64,000 nt of DNA from an uncultured Candidatus Rokubacteria bacterium. Lineage in GTDB: Bacteria; Methylomirabilota; Methylomirabilia; Rokubacteriales; CSP1-6. The stretch covers positions 1 through 64,000 of the forward strand of contig CAVXJS010000005.1 in assembly GCA_963762145.1 (NCBI GenBank), read 5' to 3'. The notes below the pieces were generated by a model that had not been told where the DNA came from, made no database searches, and saw only the letters and a program-made list of their open reading frames with translations. Of this stretch, positions 45,781-56,661 are shown piece by piece. Made by a program: the position numbers and the translations under genes. Positions within the stretch are counted from its first letter, which is position 1. The number at the start of each line of letters is the position of its first letter.

Positions 45781-46056
45781 ATGACGAAAGCGGAACTGAT
45801 CGAGGAAGTGGCAAAGGTGGCGAGCTTGACCAAGAAGGAAACCGAGCTCATCGTCAACACTGTCTTCGACAACATCACGGACGCACTGGGCAAGGGAGAC
45901 AAGGTCGAGCTGCGCGGCTTCGGCAGCTTCCGCATTCGTCACCGGAACTCCCGCAAGGGACGCAATCCGAAAACCGGTGACAGCGTCAGCGTGCCCGAGA
46001 AGCGGGTGCCTTTCTTCAAGGTCGGCAAGCGCCTCCGCGAGCTCGTCAACACGTAG
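45781..46056 (+). CDS. ihfB: Integration host factor beta / HU family
   Basis: MTKAELI, VELRGFGSF, GRNPKTG, VPFFKVGK; rpsA-sppA-ihfB context. Confidence 0.85.
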   Translation: MTKAELIEEVAKVASLTKKETELIVNTVFDNITDALGKGDKVELRGFGSFRIRHRNSRKGRNPKTGDSVSVPEKRVPFFKVGKRLRELVNT

Positions 46057-46061
46057 ACCGC

Positions 46062-46551
46062 GTGGAGCGGCTCTGGGCGCCCTGGCGGATGTCCTATGTG
46101 TCGACCGCCGGGGCCCCGGAGGCCGCGTGCGTCTTCTGCTCACTCCTGGCCGCCGGTGACGACCGCCGGTCCCTGATCCTCCGGCGCGGCCGGCTTGCCT
46201 TCCTGGTCCTGAATGCCTTCCCCTATGCGTCCGGTCACCTGATGGCCGTCGTCACCCGCCACGTCGGGCACGATCGAGACCGCCACCGCGGACGAGCTCG
46301 CCGAGGCCATGGCCCTCATCCAGACGGGCACGCGCGCCCTCGACGCCGCGTACCATCCCGACGGCTTCAACGTCGGCCTCAACCAGGGGCGCGTGGCGGG
46401 CGCGGGGGTGCTCGGGCACCTGCACGTTCATCTCGTGCCGCGCTGGAACGGCGACACCAACTTCATGCCGATCATCGGCGAGACGAAGGTGCTGCCCGAG
46501 TCCCTCGAGACCACGTACGATCGGCTGGCCGCCGCGCTCGCCTCCACGTGA
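46062..46551 (+). CDS. HIT-family hydrolase (one indel near 46268)
   Basis: [46 protein letters not shown]. Confidence 0.9.
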
Positions 46552-49151
46552 GGGAAAGCCCCGCCGAGCTGACCCCGATGATGCGGCAGTACGGGGAGCT
46601 GAAGCGCCGCTTCCCGGACTACCTGCTGCTGTTCCGCCTGGGCGACTTCTACGAGCTCTTCTTCCAGGACGCCCAGACCGCCTCGCGCCTGCTCCAGCTC
46701 ACGCTGACGTCCAGACAGAAGGGCGAGGGCGCGATCCCGATGGCGGGCATCCCCCATCACGCCGCCGACGGCTACATCGCGCGCCTCATCCGCGCGGGCC
46801 AGAAAGTGGCGGTGTGCGAGCAGCTCGAGGAGCCCGCCAAGGGCCGCAAGATCGTCCGCCGTGACGTCGTGCGCGTCATCACCCCGGGCACGATCACCGA
46901 CACCCAGTTCCTGGACGGCGCGCGCAACAACTTTCTCCTCGCCGTGCACGCGACCGCGTCCGCGGTCGGGGTCGCGCTCGTGGATGTGTCCACCGGCGAC
47001 TTCTGGGTGGGCGAGGAGCCGGGCGCGGGGGAGGGGCTCCTCGAGGCGGCGCTCCTGCGCCGCCCCGCCGAGCTGCTGCTCGCGCAGAGCTCCGACGCCG
47101 CGTGGGTCGCGCGGTGGGTGCCGGCCGGCGTTCCCGTCACGCGCGTGGACGGCGGGGCCTTCGGGGCCCGCGCGGCGCGCGAGATGCTCGAGTCGCACTT
47201 CCGGGGCGCCAGCCTCGACGCCCTCGGCGTGGGGTCGCTCACCGCCGGGCTGCAAGCCGCCGGCGCCGCCCTCGCGTACCTGCGCGAGACCCAGGGCGAG
47301 TCGCTGGCGCATCTCACGCGAATCCAGCGCCTGGTCACCGGCGAGGCGATGCTGCTCGACCCGACCGCGGTGGCCACCCTCGAGCTCTTCGAGACGGCTC
47401 AGGAGCGCACGACCCGGGGGTCGCTGTTTGCCACGCTCGACGCCACCACCACCCCCATGGGCGCCCGCCTGCTCCGCCAGTGGATGCTTCGCCCGCTGCT
47501 CGACCGCGAGGCCATCTTCCGCCGCCAGGAGGCCGTCGCCGCCCTGGTGGACGCCCCGGCCCCCCGGGACGGGCTCCGGAGGCGCCTGGAGGGCGTGGGG
47601 GACCTGGAGCGCCTCACCAGCCGCGCCGCCCTCGGCGTCGCCCACGCCCGGGACCTCATCGCCCTGCGGGGCTTTCTGGGCCGCCTGCCGGGGCTCGCGG
47701 AGGCGCTCGGAGGCCTCGGCGGCGCCCTGCTGGGCACCCTCGCCGAGGAGATCACGCCGCTCCCCGACCTTCAGAAACTCCTTGAAGAGGCCCTCGAGGA
47801 CGAGCCCCCGCTCGTCCTCAGGGAAGGCGGGCTGATCCGGGAGGGCTGGAACGCGGATCTGCGGGAGCTCAAGCAGGCGGCGCGAGAGGGCAAGGAGTGG
47901 ATCGCCTCGCTCGAGCAGCGGGAGCGCGCGAGAACCGGCATCGCCTCCTTGAAGGTCCGGTTCAATCGCGTCTTCGGCTACGCGATCGAGGTGAGCAATG
48001 TCCACGGCGCCAAGGTCCCGGCCGACTACCTGCGCCGGCAGACCCTGGTCGGGGCCGAGCGCTACGTCACGGCCGAGCTGAAGGAGTACGAGAGCCGGGT
48101 CCTCGGCGCCGAGGAGCGCATCGGGCGGCTCGAGTTCGAGCTCTTCGGCCAGGTGCGCGCCGAGGTCGCGGCGGCGGCCGCGCCCCTGCTGCGCACGGCC
48201 CGCGCGGTCGGCGGTCTCGATGCGCTCGCGGCGCTGGCGGAGGTCGCGCACCAGCGCGGGTACGTGCGGCCCCAGGTGGACGACGGCTTCGCGCTCGCGA
48301 TCGTCGACGGCCGCCATCCGGTGCTGGAGGCGGGCGGGACCCCGTTCACCCCGAACGACGTGACGCTCGATCCGGCGGGCGGCCAGATCATGATCCTCAC
48401 CGGCCCGAACATGAGCGGCAAGAGCGTCTTCATGCGGCAGGTCGCCCTGCTCGCCCTCATGGCCCAGATGGGCAGCTTCGTGCCGGCGCGGGAAGCCCGC
48501 GTCGGGCTGGTGGATCGCATCCTCACCCGGGTGGGCGCGCAGGACAACATGGCGCGGGGACAGAGCACGTTCCTGGTGGAGATGGTGGAGACGGCCAGCA
48601 TCCTGCACCACGCCACCGAGCGAAGCCTCATCCTGCTGGATGAAGTCGGACGCGGCACCTCCACCTTCGACGGTCTCGCGATCGCGTGGGCGGTGACCGA
48701 GGAGCTGCACGAGCGCGGGCGGGGGGCGAAGGTGCTCTTCGCGACCCACTACCACGAGCTGACCGCGCTGGCCGAGCGGCTGCCGCGGGTGCACAATTTC
48801 CACGTGGCGGTCCGCGAGTGGAACGACGAGATCATCTTCCTGCACAAGGTGCGGCCCGGGGGCACCGATCGCTCCTACGGCATCCAGGTGGCGCGGCTGG
48901 CCGGGTTGCCCCCCGTGGTGATCGCGCGGGCCAAGGCCATCCTGGGCGAGCTCGAGCGCGAGCGCGGCGGGCTGCAGGCCGCGGTGACGCCCGAGCCGCC
49001 CGCGACCGGCCCGGCGCAGCTCGGCCTCTTTCCGCCCGCCCACGATCCGCTCCTGCGGGAGCTGGCCGCGCTGGACCTGGGCGCGATGACCCCGCTCCAG
49101 GCCCTGAACCTCATCGCGGACTGGCAGCAGCGGCTGCGGGCGCGCCCGTGA
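46548..49151 (+). CDS. mutS: DNA mismatch repair protein MutS
   Basis: [46 protein letters not shown]. Confidence 0.96.
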   Translation: MRESPAELTPMMRQYGELKRRFPDYLLLFRLGDFYELFFQDAQTASRLLQLTLTSRQKGEGAIPMAGIPHHAADGYIARLIRAGQKVAVCEQLEEPAKGRKIVRRDVVRVITPGTITDTQFLDGARNNFLLAVHATASAVGVALVDVSTGDFWVGEEPGAGEGLLEAALLRRPAELLLAQSSDAAWVARWVPAGVPVTRVDGGAFGARAAREMLESHFRGASLDALGVGSLTAGLQAAGAALAYLRETQGESLAHLTRIQRLVTGEAMLLDPTAVATLELFETAQERTTRGSLFATLDATTTPMGARLLRQWMLRPLLDREAIFRRQEAVAALVDAPAPRDGLRRRLEGVGDLERLTSRAALGVAHARDLIALRGFLGRLPGLAEALGGLGGALLGTLAEEITPLPDLQKLLEEALEDEPPLVLREGGLIREGWNADLRELKQAAREGKEWIASLEQRERARTGIASLKVRFNRVFGYAIEVSNVHGAKVPADYLRRQTLVGAERYVTAELKEYESRVLGAEERIGRLEFELFGQVRAEVAAAAAPLLRTARAVGGLDALAALAEVAHQRGYVRPQVDDGFALAIVDGRHPVLEAGGTPFTPNDVTLDPAGGQIMILTGPNMSGKSVFMRQVALLALMAQMGSFVPAREARVGLVDRILTRVGAQDNMARGQSTFLVEMVETASILHHATERSLILLDEVGRGTSTFDGLAIAWAVTEELHERGRGAKVLFATHYHELTALAERLPRVHNFHVAVREWNDEIIFLHKVRPGGTDRSYGIQVARLAGLPPVVIARAKAILGELERERGGLQAAVTPEPPATGPAQLGLFPPAHDPLLRELAALDLGAMTPLQALNLIADWQQRLRARP

Positions 49152-50905
49152 GCGGCTCGCGGATCCGCCGGCTGCCCGATCACCTCGTCAACAAGATCGC
49201 GGCGGGCGAGGTGGTGGAGCGCCCCGCCTCGGTGGTGAAGGAGCTGGTCGAGAACGCGCTCGACGCGCTCTGCACCCAGGTGACGGTGGACCTGCGCGAC
49301 GCCGGCCGCGCCCTGATCCGCGTGACCGACGACGGCGTCGGCATGTCGAGCGACGAGGTGGACCTGGCCCTGCTGCGGCACGCGACGTCGAAGCTCGCAA
49401 CCGACGCCGATCTCGACGCGATCACCACCCTGGGCTTCCGGGGCGAGGCGCTGCCCGCCATCTGCGCGGTCACCCGCTTCTCGGTGCTCTCGTGCCCGCG
49501 CGGCGCGGACATCGGCACCCTGGTGCGCGGGGAAGGCGGCACCGTCAACGAGAAGCTGCTCGTGCCCGCGCCCGCGGGCACCACGGTGGAGGCGCAGGAT
49601 CTCTTCTTCAACACGCCCGCCCGGCTCAAGTTCATGAAGAGCGCGCCGAGCGAGGTGGCGGCGGCGCTGCGGCTGCTCGAGGCCATCGCGCTGGCGCACC
49701 AGGACGTCCACTTCCGCGTCTCGCACAACGGGCGGCCCGCCCTCGGCGCGCCGCGCGCGCGGAGCCTGCGCGATCGCGTCGGCGCCCTGTGGGGCTTCGA
49801 GCGCGCGGGCAAGCTGCTGGAGGTGGAGCGCAAGGACGGGCCCCTCGCGGTCTCGGGTCTGGTGGCGCCGCCCCAGCTCTCCCGCGGCAACCGCGACGAG
49901 ATCGTGCTCATCGTCAACGGCCGCCCCGTGCGCGACACCCAGCTCGCCCAGACCCTCATCGAGGCCTATCGCCCGCTCCTGGCCCGGGACCAGTTCCCGG
50001 TTGCGGTGCTCCACCTCGAGCTGCCCCCGCAGGAAGTGGACGTCAACGTCCACCCGACCAAGGCCTGGGTCCGCTTCCGCTCTCCCCGCCAGGTCCAGGA
50101 GATCCTCTACCGCGCGGTGAAGGACGCGCTCCATCAGAGCCAGGTCGTGCAGCCGCAACGCGGCCTCGCCTTGGCTGATGATCGCGCGTCAGGCGATACC
50201 ACCGGAAGCTTCTCTATTGAAAGCGGGGGCCCAGAAATGGCCCCCGCACTCCCCCAGTCCGCGGACATTCCGTTGCCGGATGCTCAGACCCGACTCTTCC
50301 ACGAGCCCCCGGCTCAGTTCACAACCGCCAACTTCGGGAACGTCATCGGCCAGCTCCAGGACACGTTCATCGTGGCCGCAACCGACGACGAGATCTTCTT
50401 CCTGGACCAGCACGTGGCCCACGAGCGCGTGCTGTTCGAGCGGCTGCTGGCCGATCTGGACGCGGGGCCGCTGGCGTCCCAGGAGCTGCTCTTCCCGCAG
50501 CCGGTGGAGCTGGGCGCGGGGCAGGCGGCCCTGGTCCAGGAGTGGGCCGAGACGCTCGAGGGTCTGGGCTTCCGCCTCGAGGGCTGGAGCGGCGCGACCG
50601 TCGTGCTGCGCGCGGTGCCCGCACTGCTCCGGGGGCAGGAGCCGCGCCGGCTCATCGAAGCGCTCGTGGAGGACGTGGATCGCCCGCGCAAGGGCGAGCC
50701 CCAGCCGCTGCTGCACCGCGCGCTGTCCTTCGTGGCCTGCCACGCGGCCATCAAGGCCCACGCCCCGCTGCAGCGCGAGGAGATGGCGCGCCTCATCGCG
50801 GATCTGGCCGTCACGAAGACGCCGTACTTCTGCCCGCACGGCCGGCCCATCGTCAGCCGCCTGTCTTTGCGCGACATAAAACGGGAGCTGGGGCGCACGT
50901 GGTAG
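49148..50905 (+). CDS. mutL: DNA mismatch repair endonuclease MutL
   Basis: IAAGEVVERPASVVKELVENALD, GFRGEAL, DQHVAHERVLFE, CPHGRP. Confidence 0.96.
   Translation: MSGSRIRRLPDHLVNKIAAGEVVERPASVVKELVENALDALCTQVTVDLRDAGRALIRVTDDGVGMSSDEVDLALLRHATSKLATDADLDAITTLGFRGEALPAICAVTRFSVLSCPRGADIGTLVRGEGGTVNEKLLVPAPAGTTVEAQDLFFNTPARLKFMKSAPSEVAAALRLLEAIALAHQDVHFRVSHNGRPALGAPRARSLRDRVGALWGFERAGKLLEVERKDGPLAVSGLVAPPQLSRGNRDEIVLIVNGRPVRDTQLAQTLIEAYRPLLARDQFPVAVLHLELPPQEVDVNVHPTKAWVRFRSPRQVQEILYRAVKDALHQSQVVQPQRGLALADDRASGDTTGSFSIESGGPEMAPALPQSADIPLPDAQTRLFHEPPAQFTTANFGNVIGQLQDTFIVAATDDEIFFLDQHVAHERVLFERLLADLDAGPLASQELLFPQPVELGAGQAALVQEWAETLEGLGFRLEGWSGATVVLRAVPALLRGQEPRRLIEALVEDVDRPRKGEPQPLLHRALSFVACHAAIKAHAPLQREEMARLIADLAVTKTPYFCPHGRPIVSRLSLRDIKRELGRTW
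50213..50267 (-). repeat. Palindromic repeat family A, copy 4 (inside mutL, opposite orientation)
   Basis: Reverse complement TGTCCGCGGACTGGGGGAGTGCGGGGGCCATTTCTGGGCCCCCGCTTTCAATAGA. Confidence 0.88.
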
Positions 50906-51027
50906 GGCGGGGCCTGGTGTGAGTGCGGTTACGCGACATAAAACGGGAGCTGGGGCGCACGTGGTAGGGCGGGGCCTGGTGCGACTGCGGTTACGCGACA
51001 TAAAACGGGAGCTGGGGCGCACGTGGT
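50870..51027 (+). repeat. 62-bp tandem repeat (about 2.5 copies) at the mutL-miaA junction
   Basis: 34-mer CGCGACATAAAACGGGAGCTGGGGCGCACGTGGT at 50870, 50932 and 50994, separated by near-identical 28-mers. Confidence 0.92.
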
Positions 51028-51973
51028 GAGCCGGTCTCCGCTGCTGGTCCTGGTGGGCCCGACCGGGGTCGGCAAGACCGCGGTCGCGGTGCGCCTCGCG
51101 CGGCAGGTGGCCCTGGAGGTCATCGGCGCGGACTCGCGCCAGGTCTACCGCGGCATGGACATCGGCACCGGCAAGCCCACCGCGGCGGAGCGCGCGGCGG
51201 CGCCGCATCATCTGGTCGACGTGGTGGATCCCTCCGAGCGCTACCACGCCGCCCGCTTCCGCGCCGACGCGCTCGCCGCCATCGCGGCGGTGCAGGGACG
51301 CGGGCACCTGGCGGTCGTGGTCGGCGGCACCGGCCTCTACGTGCGCGCGCTGCTCCGCGGCCTGACGGCCGCGCCGCCCGCCGATCCCGCCCTGCGGGCC
51401 ACGCTCGAGTCCTTCGCGGTCGAGCAGGGAGCGCCCGCGCTCCACGCGCGGCTCGCCGCGGTGGCACCCGATGCCGCGCGCCGCCTGCATCCCAACGATC
51501 GGGTGCGCGTGATCCGCGCGCTCGAGGTCCACGCGGGAGCCGGCGCGGGGGCGCGAGATACCGGAGACGGGGACTGGGCGGGGACCGATGGCGCCTGGCG
51601 CCTGGTCATGATCGGCCTCGGCCGCGCGCGCCCGGCGCTCGGGCAGGCCCTGGCCGAGCGCGCGCGGGACATGCTGGCCCGTGGCATGATGGACGAGGTC
51701 AGGCGTCTGCTCGAAGCCGGTCACGATCCCGCGCGGCCGCCGATGGACGGCATCGGCTACCGGCAGCTCGCGCAGGCGCTGCGGGGGCGGATGACCGTCG
51801 AGGAGGCGCTGCGGCTCATGATTCGCGATACCACCCGCTACGCGAAGCGGCAGATGACGTGGTTCCAGCGCGAGCCGGAGATCCGCTGGCTGGACGTCGA
51901 CGAGGCGGGCGGGGTGGAGGGCGCAGCCGAGGCAGTGCACAAGCACATCACCCGGGAGGGGCTGATCGAGTGA
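51026..51973 (+). CDS. miaA: tRNA dimethylallyltransferase
   Basis: GPTGVGKT, DSRQVYRGMDIGTGK, GGTGLY, TRYAKRQMTWF. Confidence 0.95.
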   Translation: MSRSPLLVLVGPTGVGKTAVAVRLARQVALEVIGADSRQVYRGMDIGTGKPTAAERAAAPHHLVDVVDPSERYHAARFRADALAAIAAVQGRGHLAVVVGGTGLYVRALLRGLTAAPPADPALRATLESFAVEQGAPALHARLAAVAPDAARRLHPNDRVRVIRALEVHAGAGAGARDTGDGDWAGTDGAWRLVMIGLGRARPALGQALAERARDMLARGMMDEVRRLLEAGHDPARPPMDGIGYRQLAQALRGRMTVEEALRLMIRDTTRYAKRQMTWFQREPEIRWLDVDEAGGVEGAAEAVHKHITREGLIE

Positions 51974-53220
51974 GGTCACGCGAGAAGGCGGTGCTGGCCG
52001 CCCTGCGGCTGCCGAGCCAGCCGCGGGTGATGGTGGAGGAGAGCCTCGACGAGCTCGGCCGCCTGGCGGAGTCGGCGGGCGCCCGCGTGGTGGGCCGGGC
52101 AACGCAGGACCGGCGCGCGCCGACCCCCGGCCTCTACTTCGGCAAGGGCAAGGTGGAGGAGATCAAGACGCTCTCCAAGCGCGAGGGCGCCGACCTGATG
52201 ATCTCCGACGACTCGCTCTCGCCCATCCAGGAGCGCAACCTCGGCGGCTCGCTCGGCGTGCGGGTGATCGACCGCACCGCGCTCATCCTCGACATCTTCG
52301 CCCAGCGCGCCCGCACCATGGAGGGCAAGCTCCAGGTCGAGCTGGCCCAGCTCTCCTACCTGCTGCCGCGGCTGGTGGGGCAGTGGAAGCACCTGGAGCG
52401 GACCGGCGGCGGCATCGGCACCCGGGGGCCGGGCGAGACCCAGATCGAGTCCGACCGGCGCATGATCCGCCACCGCATCCAGAAGATCCGCGTCGAGCTG
52501 CAGCGCGTGCGCACGCATCGGCGCCTCCTCCGCGACCGGCGCAAGGCGGCGGACGTGCCGGTGGTGGCCCTCGTCGGCTACACCAACGCGGGCAAGACCA
52601 CCCTGCTCAATCATCTGACCGGCGCCGACCGCCTCGCGGCCGACCAGCTCTTCGTCACCCTGGACCCGACCGCCCGGCTGGTGTCGAGCCCGACGCACGC
52701 CTCGTTCATCCTGACCGACACGGTCGGCTTCATCCGCAAGCTGCCCACCCAGCTCGTGGCCGCGTTCAAGGCCACCCTCGAGGAGCTGACCGAGGCCGAC
52801 GTGCTGGTGCACGTGGTGGACGCGAGCCATCCCGGCCTCGACGACCAGGTGCAGGCGGTCGAGGCGCTGCTCGGCGAGCTCGAGCTGATGGGGCGCCCCA
52901 TGATCGTGGCCCTGAACAAGATGGACCGCCTCGAGCCGAGCGCAGCCCGGGCGCTGCTTGCCCGTTTCGACGGCGTCGCGCTCTCGGCCCGCACCGGCGA
53001 GGGCGTGGACGCCCTGCTCACGCGTCTCGACGAGGCCCTCCGACCCCGGGTGGCGCGGCTCACCCTCCGCATCCCGTACGCGGAGGGGCCCGCCCTGGCC
53101 GCGTGCTACGAGCGCGGACGCGTGCTCTCGCGCCGGGACGAGCCGGAAGGCATTCGGCTGGAGGTCGAGCTGCCCCGGCGGGTGCTGCCCTCGCTGGAGG
53201 GGTACCGGATCACCGGCTGA
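51970..53220 (+). CDS. hflX: GTPase HflX
   Basis: LILDIFAQRA, GIGTRGPGE, VGYTNAGKT, DTVGFI, NKMD. Confidence 0.95.
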   Translation: MRSREKAVLAALRLPSQPRVMVEESLDELGRLAESAGARVVGRATQDRRAPTPGLYFGKGKVEEIKTLSKREGADLMISDDSLSPIQERNLGGSLGVRVIDRTALILDIFAQRARTMEGKLQVELAQLSYLLPRLVGQWKHLERTGGGIGTRGPGETQIESDRRMIRHRIQKIRVELQRVRTHRRLLRDRRKAADVPVVALVGYTNAGKTTLLNHLTGADRLAADQLFVTLDPTARLVSSPTHASFILTDTVGFIRKLPTQLVAAFKATLEELTEADVLVHVVDASHPGLDDQVQAVEALLGELELMGRPMIVALNKMDRLEPSAARALLARFDGVALSARTGEGVDALLTRLDEALRPRVARLTLRIPYAEGPALAACYERGRVLSRRDEPEGIRLEVELPRRVLPSLEGYRITG

Positions 53221-53226
53221 AAGCGG

Positions 53227-53235
53227 TGCTACAAT
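53227..53235 (+). promoter_or_regulatory. Putative extended -10 promoter (TGcTACAAT)
   Basis: Lies between the hflX stop and the pgsA start. Confidence 0.45.
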
Positions 53236-53263
53236 CGGGCTTCGGTCCTCGCGGACCGCTCCC

Positions 53264-53818
<555 letters not shown>

Positions 53819-53820
53819 CC

Positions 53821-55173
53821 ATGGCGCGGCGGCCGGACCTGATCGCGCAAAGGGGGACGGAGGGCGTGGTGGTGGCCGCGGTGACGCCGCGCACGCCCGC
53901 GGCCCGGGCCGGCCTGCGCCCCGGCGACCGCATCCTCGCCATCAACGGCGCCGCCCTGCGCGACGTGATCGACTTCCATTTCCACGCGGGCGAGGAGCAC
54001 CTGCGCCTCTCGCTCGAGCGGGAGGGCCAGGCGCGCACCGCGCGGCTTCGGCGCGACGCCGCCGGGCTCGGGCTTCAGCTCGAGGCCCCGCGTCCGGCCG
54101 AGATCGCCACCTGCGCGAACAAGTGCGTGTTCTGCTTCATCCACCAGCTTCCGAAGGGGATGCGCAAGAGCCTGTACGTGAAGGACGACGACTTCCGGCT
54201 GTCGTTCCTGCACGGCAACTACATCACGCTGACGGATCTGGACGAGGCCGAGCTCGCGCGCATCGAGGCGCAGCGCCTCTCGCCGCTCTACGTCTCGGTG
54301 CACGCCACCGACCCCGATCTGCGTCACGCCCTCCTGGGCCGGCCGCGCGTGCGCCGGGAGCTGCTGCCGGTGATGGAGCGGCTCGCCAAGGCGGGCATCG
54401 CCATGCACGCCCAGATCGTCCTGTGCCCGGGGTGGAACGACGGCCCGCACCTCGACCGCACCGTGCACGAGCTGGCCCGGCTCCATCCCGCGGTGCCGAC
54501 CACCGCGGTGGTGCCGGTCGGCCTCACCCGCCACCGCGAGCGGCTCCCCGACCTGCGCACCGTGACGGTGGAGGAGGCGGGCGCGCTCGTGCGCGCGATC
54601 GAGGGCTGGCAGCGCGAGTTCCGCGACACGCTCGGCACCCGCTTCGTGTGGGCCGCCGACGAGCTCTACCTGCAGGCGGGGCTGCCGCTGCCTGCCGCGC
54701 GCGAGTACGAGGGGTTCGCGGTCGCCGAGGACGGCATCGGCCTCGTCCGCCGCTTCGAGGATGCCTTCGCCCGCGCGGTGAGCCGCCGGCCCGCGCGGCT
54801 GGCGCGCCCCCGCCACGTGACGGTGGTCACCGGCGAGATGTTCGCGCCGCGGATGCGCGCGCTGCTCGATCGCGTCGTGGTGGACGGCCTCCACGTGGAC
54901 CTCGTCCCGGTCGCCAACGAGTTCTTCGGGCGCGGCATCGGCGTGGCCGGGCTGCTCACCGGGCGCGACATCCAGATCCAGCTCGAGCAGGCGCGGGCGG
55001 CGGGCCGGGAGCTGGGCGATGCAGTGCTGGTCCCCGCGGTCGCGATCCGCGACGGGGCCGGTGTCTTCCTCGACGATCTGACGCCGGCCGACCTGGCCGC
55101 CGCGCTCGGCACGTCCGTCGTCACCGTCGAGCCGGACGCCCCGGCCCTCCTGGCCGCTCTCCTGGGCCGGTAG
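53821..55173 (+). CDS. PDZ + radical-SAM-like DUF512 protein
   Basis: PDZ (GLRPGDRILAING), CANKCVFC, LYVKDDDFRLSFLHGNYITLT, VAGLLTGRD, VFLDD. Confidence 0.85.
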   Translation: MARRPDLIAQRGTEGVVVAAVTPRTPAARAGLRPGDRILAINGAALRDVIDFHFHAGEEHLRLSLEREGQARTARLRRDAAGLGLQLEAPRPAEIATCANKCVFCFIHQLPKGMRKSLYVKDDDFRLSFLHGNYITLTDLDEAELARIEAQRLSPLYVSVHATDPDLRHALLGRPRVRRELLPVMERLAKAGIAMHAQIVLCPGWNDGPHLDRTVHELARLHPAVPTTAVVPVGLTRHRERLPDLRTVTVEEAGALVRAIEGWQREFRDTLGTRFVWAADELYLQAGLPLPAAREYEGFAVAEDGIGLVRRFEDAFARAVSRRPARLARPRHVTVVTGEMFAPRMRALLDRVVVDGLHVDLVPVANEFFGRGIGVAGLLTGRDIQIQLEQARAAGRELGDAVLVPAVAIRDGAGVFLDDLTPADLAAALGTSVVTVEPDAPALLAALLGR

Positions 55174-55196
55174 GGGCGGGCCCGCCGCCGCCGCAC

Positions 55197-56546
55197 ATGC
55201 TGCGCCCCATCATCGCCATCGTGGGCCGCCCGAACGTGGGCAAGTCCACGCTCTTCAACCGGCTCATCGGCCGCCGGCGCTCGCTCGTCCGTGACGTGCC
55301 CGGCGTCACCCGCGACCGTCTCTACGGCACCGCGGTGTTCGAGCGCTGGCAGGCCACCGTCGTGGACACCGGGGGCTTCGATCCCAGCAGCGAGTCCGAC
55401 CTGGTCCAGGGCGTCCGGCGGCAGGTGCTCCAGGCGGTGGACGACGCGGACCTGCTGGTGTTCGTGGTCGACGGCCGCGCCGGCATCACCGGCCTCGACG
55501 AGGAGATCGCGGGGATCCTGCGCAAGTCCGGTCGGCCGACACTGCTCGCGGTCAACAAGGTGGACAGCGCGGGCCAGGATACCCCGGTGGGCGACGCCTA
55601 CCGGCTGGGCTTCGCGCCGGTGCTCACCGTCTCCGCCGAGCACGGGCGCGGCGTGGCCGAGCTGCTGGAGGCCTGCCGGGACCGCGCGCCCGCCGTCGAG
55701 CCCGAAGCCGCGCACGAAGGCACGCGCGTGGCGATCATCGGGCGCCCGAATGTCGGCAAGTCGTCCCTGGTGAACGCGGTGCTCGGCCACGAGCGCGTGC
55801 TGGTGCACGATCTGCCCGGCACCACGCGCGACGCGGTGGACAGCCCGGTGACCTTCCGGGACCGGGACTACCTGCTCATCGACACCGCGGGCATCCGTCG
55901 CAAGGGGAAGGTGACCGAGGCCCTCGAGAAGCTCGCGGTGGTGATGGCGCTCAAGAGCCTCGAGCGGTGCCAGGTGGCGGTGATCGTGATGGACGCCTCC
56001 GAGGGAGTGACCGCGCAGGACGCGCACATCGCGGGCTACGCCAACGACGCGGGGCGCGCGGTGGTGGTGGCGGTGAACAAGTGGGACCTGGTGCCGCCCG
56101 GCATGGTGCAGCGGGCCGACGTGACCGGGCAGGTCCACGAGCGGCTGCCCTTCCTCGAGCACGCGCCCATCTGCTTCACCTCCGCGGTGACGCGGCTCGG
56201 GCTCCGCGATCTCTTCGACCAGGTGGACGTGGTGGCCGCGGAAGCGCACAAGCGCGTGCAGCCGGGCGACCTGCTGGCCACCCTGCGCACCGCGGTCGAG
56301 CGGCGGCCGATGTCGTCTCGCGGGATTCCCCTGCGCGTGCAGTCGGCGCAGCAGGTCGCGGTGTCGCCGCCCACGTTCGCGATCCGCGTGAACCTGCCGG
56401 ACAGCATCCACTTCTCCTACGAGCGCTACATCGTCAACTCGCTGCGACACGCCTACGGCTTCTCGGGCTCGCCGCTGCGCCTGCTCTTCCGCAAGGCGGT
56501 GGGGCGTGGCATGGGCCGGTCCCGGGGGGCGCGCCGACGCGCCTGA
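55197..56546 (+). CDS. der: Ribosome biogenesis GTPase Der (EngA)
   Basis: Two GRPNVGKS P-loops, DTGG/DTAG, NKVD/NKWD. Confidence 0.96.
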   Translation: MLRPIIAIVGRPNVGKSTLFNRLIGRRRSLVRDVPGVTRDRLYGTAVFERWQATVVDTGGFDPSSESDLVQGVRRQVLQAVDDADLLVFVVDGRAGITGLDEEIAGILRKSGRPTLLAVNKVDSAGQDTPVGDAYRLGFAPVLTVSAEHGRGVAELLEACRDRAPAVEPEAAHEGTRVAIIGRPNVGKSSLVNAVLGHERVLVHDLPGTTRDAVDSPVTFRDRDYLLIDTAGIRRKGKVTEALEKLAVVMALKSLERCQVAVIVMDASEGVTAQDAHIAGYANDAGRAVVVAVNKWDLVPPGMVQRADVTGQVHERLPFLEHAPICFTSAVTRLGLRDLFDQVDVVAAEAHKRVQPGDLLATLRTAVERRPMSSRGIPLRVQSAQQVAVSPPTFAIRVNLPDSIHFSYERYIVNSLRHAYGFSGSPLRLLFRKAVGRGMGRSRGARRRA

Positions 56547-56587
56547 GCCGGCGGCGTCTAACTAGGCAGAACCCCTAGTGATTTCGG

Positions 56588-56616
56588 TTGAGCCCCCCTG
56601 GCACTGGTGCTATAAC
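56588..56616 (+). promoter_or_regulatory. Putative sigma70 promoter TTGAGC-17-TATAAC (with TGn)
   Basis: Intergenic, canonical spacing, upstream of SPOR-ihfA-merR. Confidence 0.55.
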
Positions 56617-56661
56617 ATCCCGTAGCCGTTCACCACCGAGCAGTCAGCGAGGACTTAGCGT

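Noticed and set aside
46062-49151. 1029-aa HIT-MutS fusion ORF
   Set aside because: The HIT domain continues in another frame to its own stop at 46551, overlapping a GTG start for mutS; single-indel artefact.
50870-51027. Mini-CRISPR array (34-bp repeats, 28-bp spacers)
   Set aside because: The spacers are nearly identical, the repeat is mutL coding sequence, and there are no cas genes or leader.
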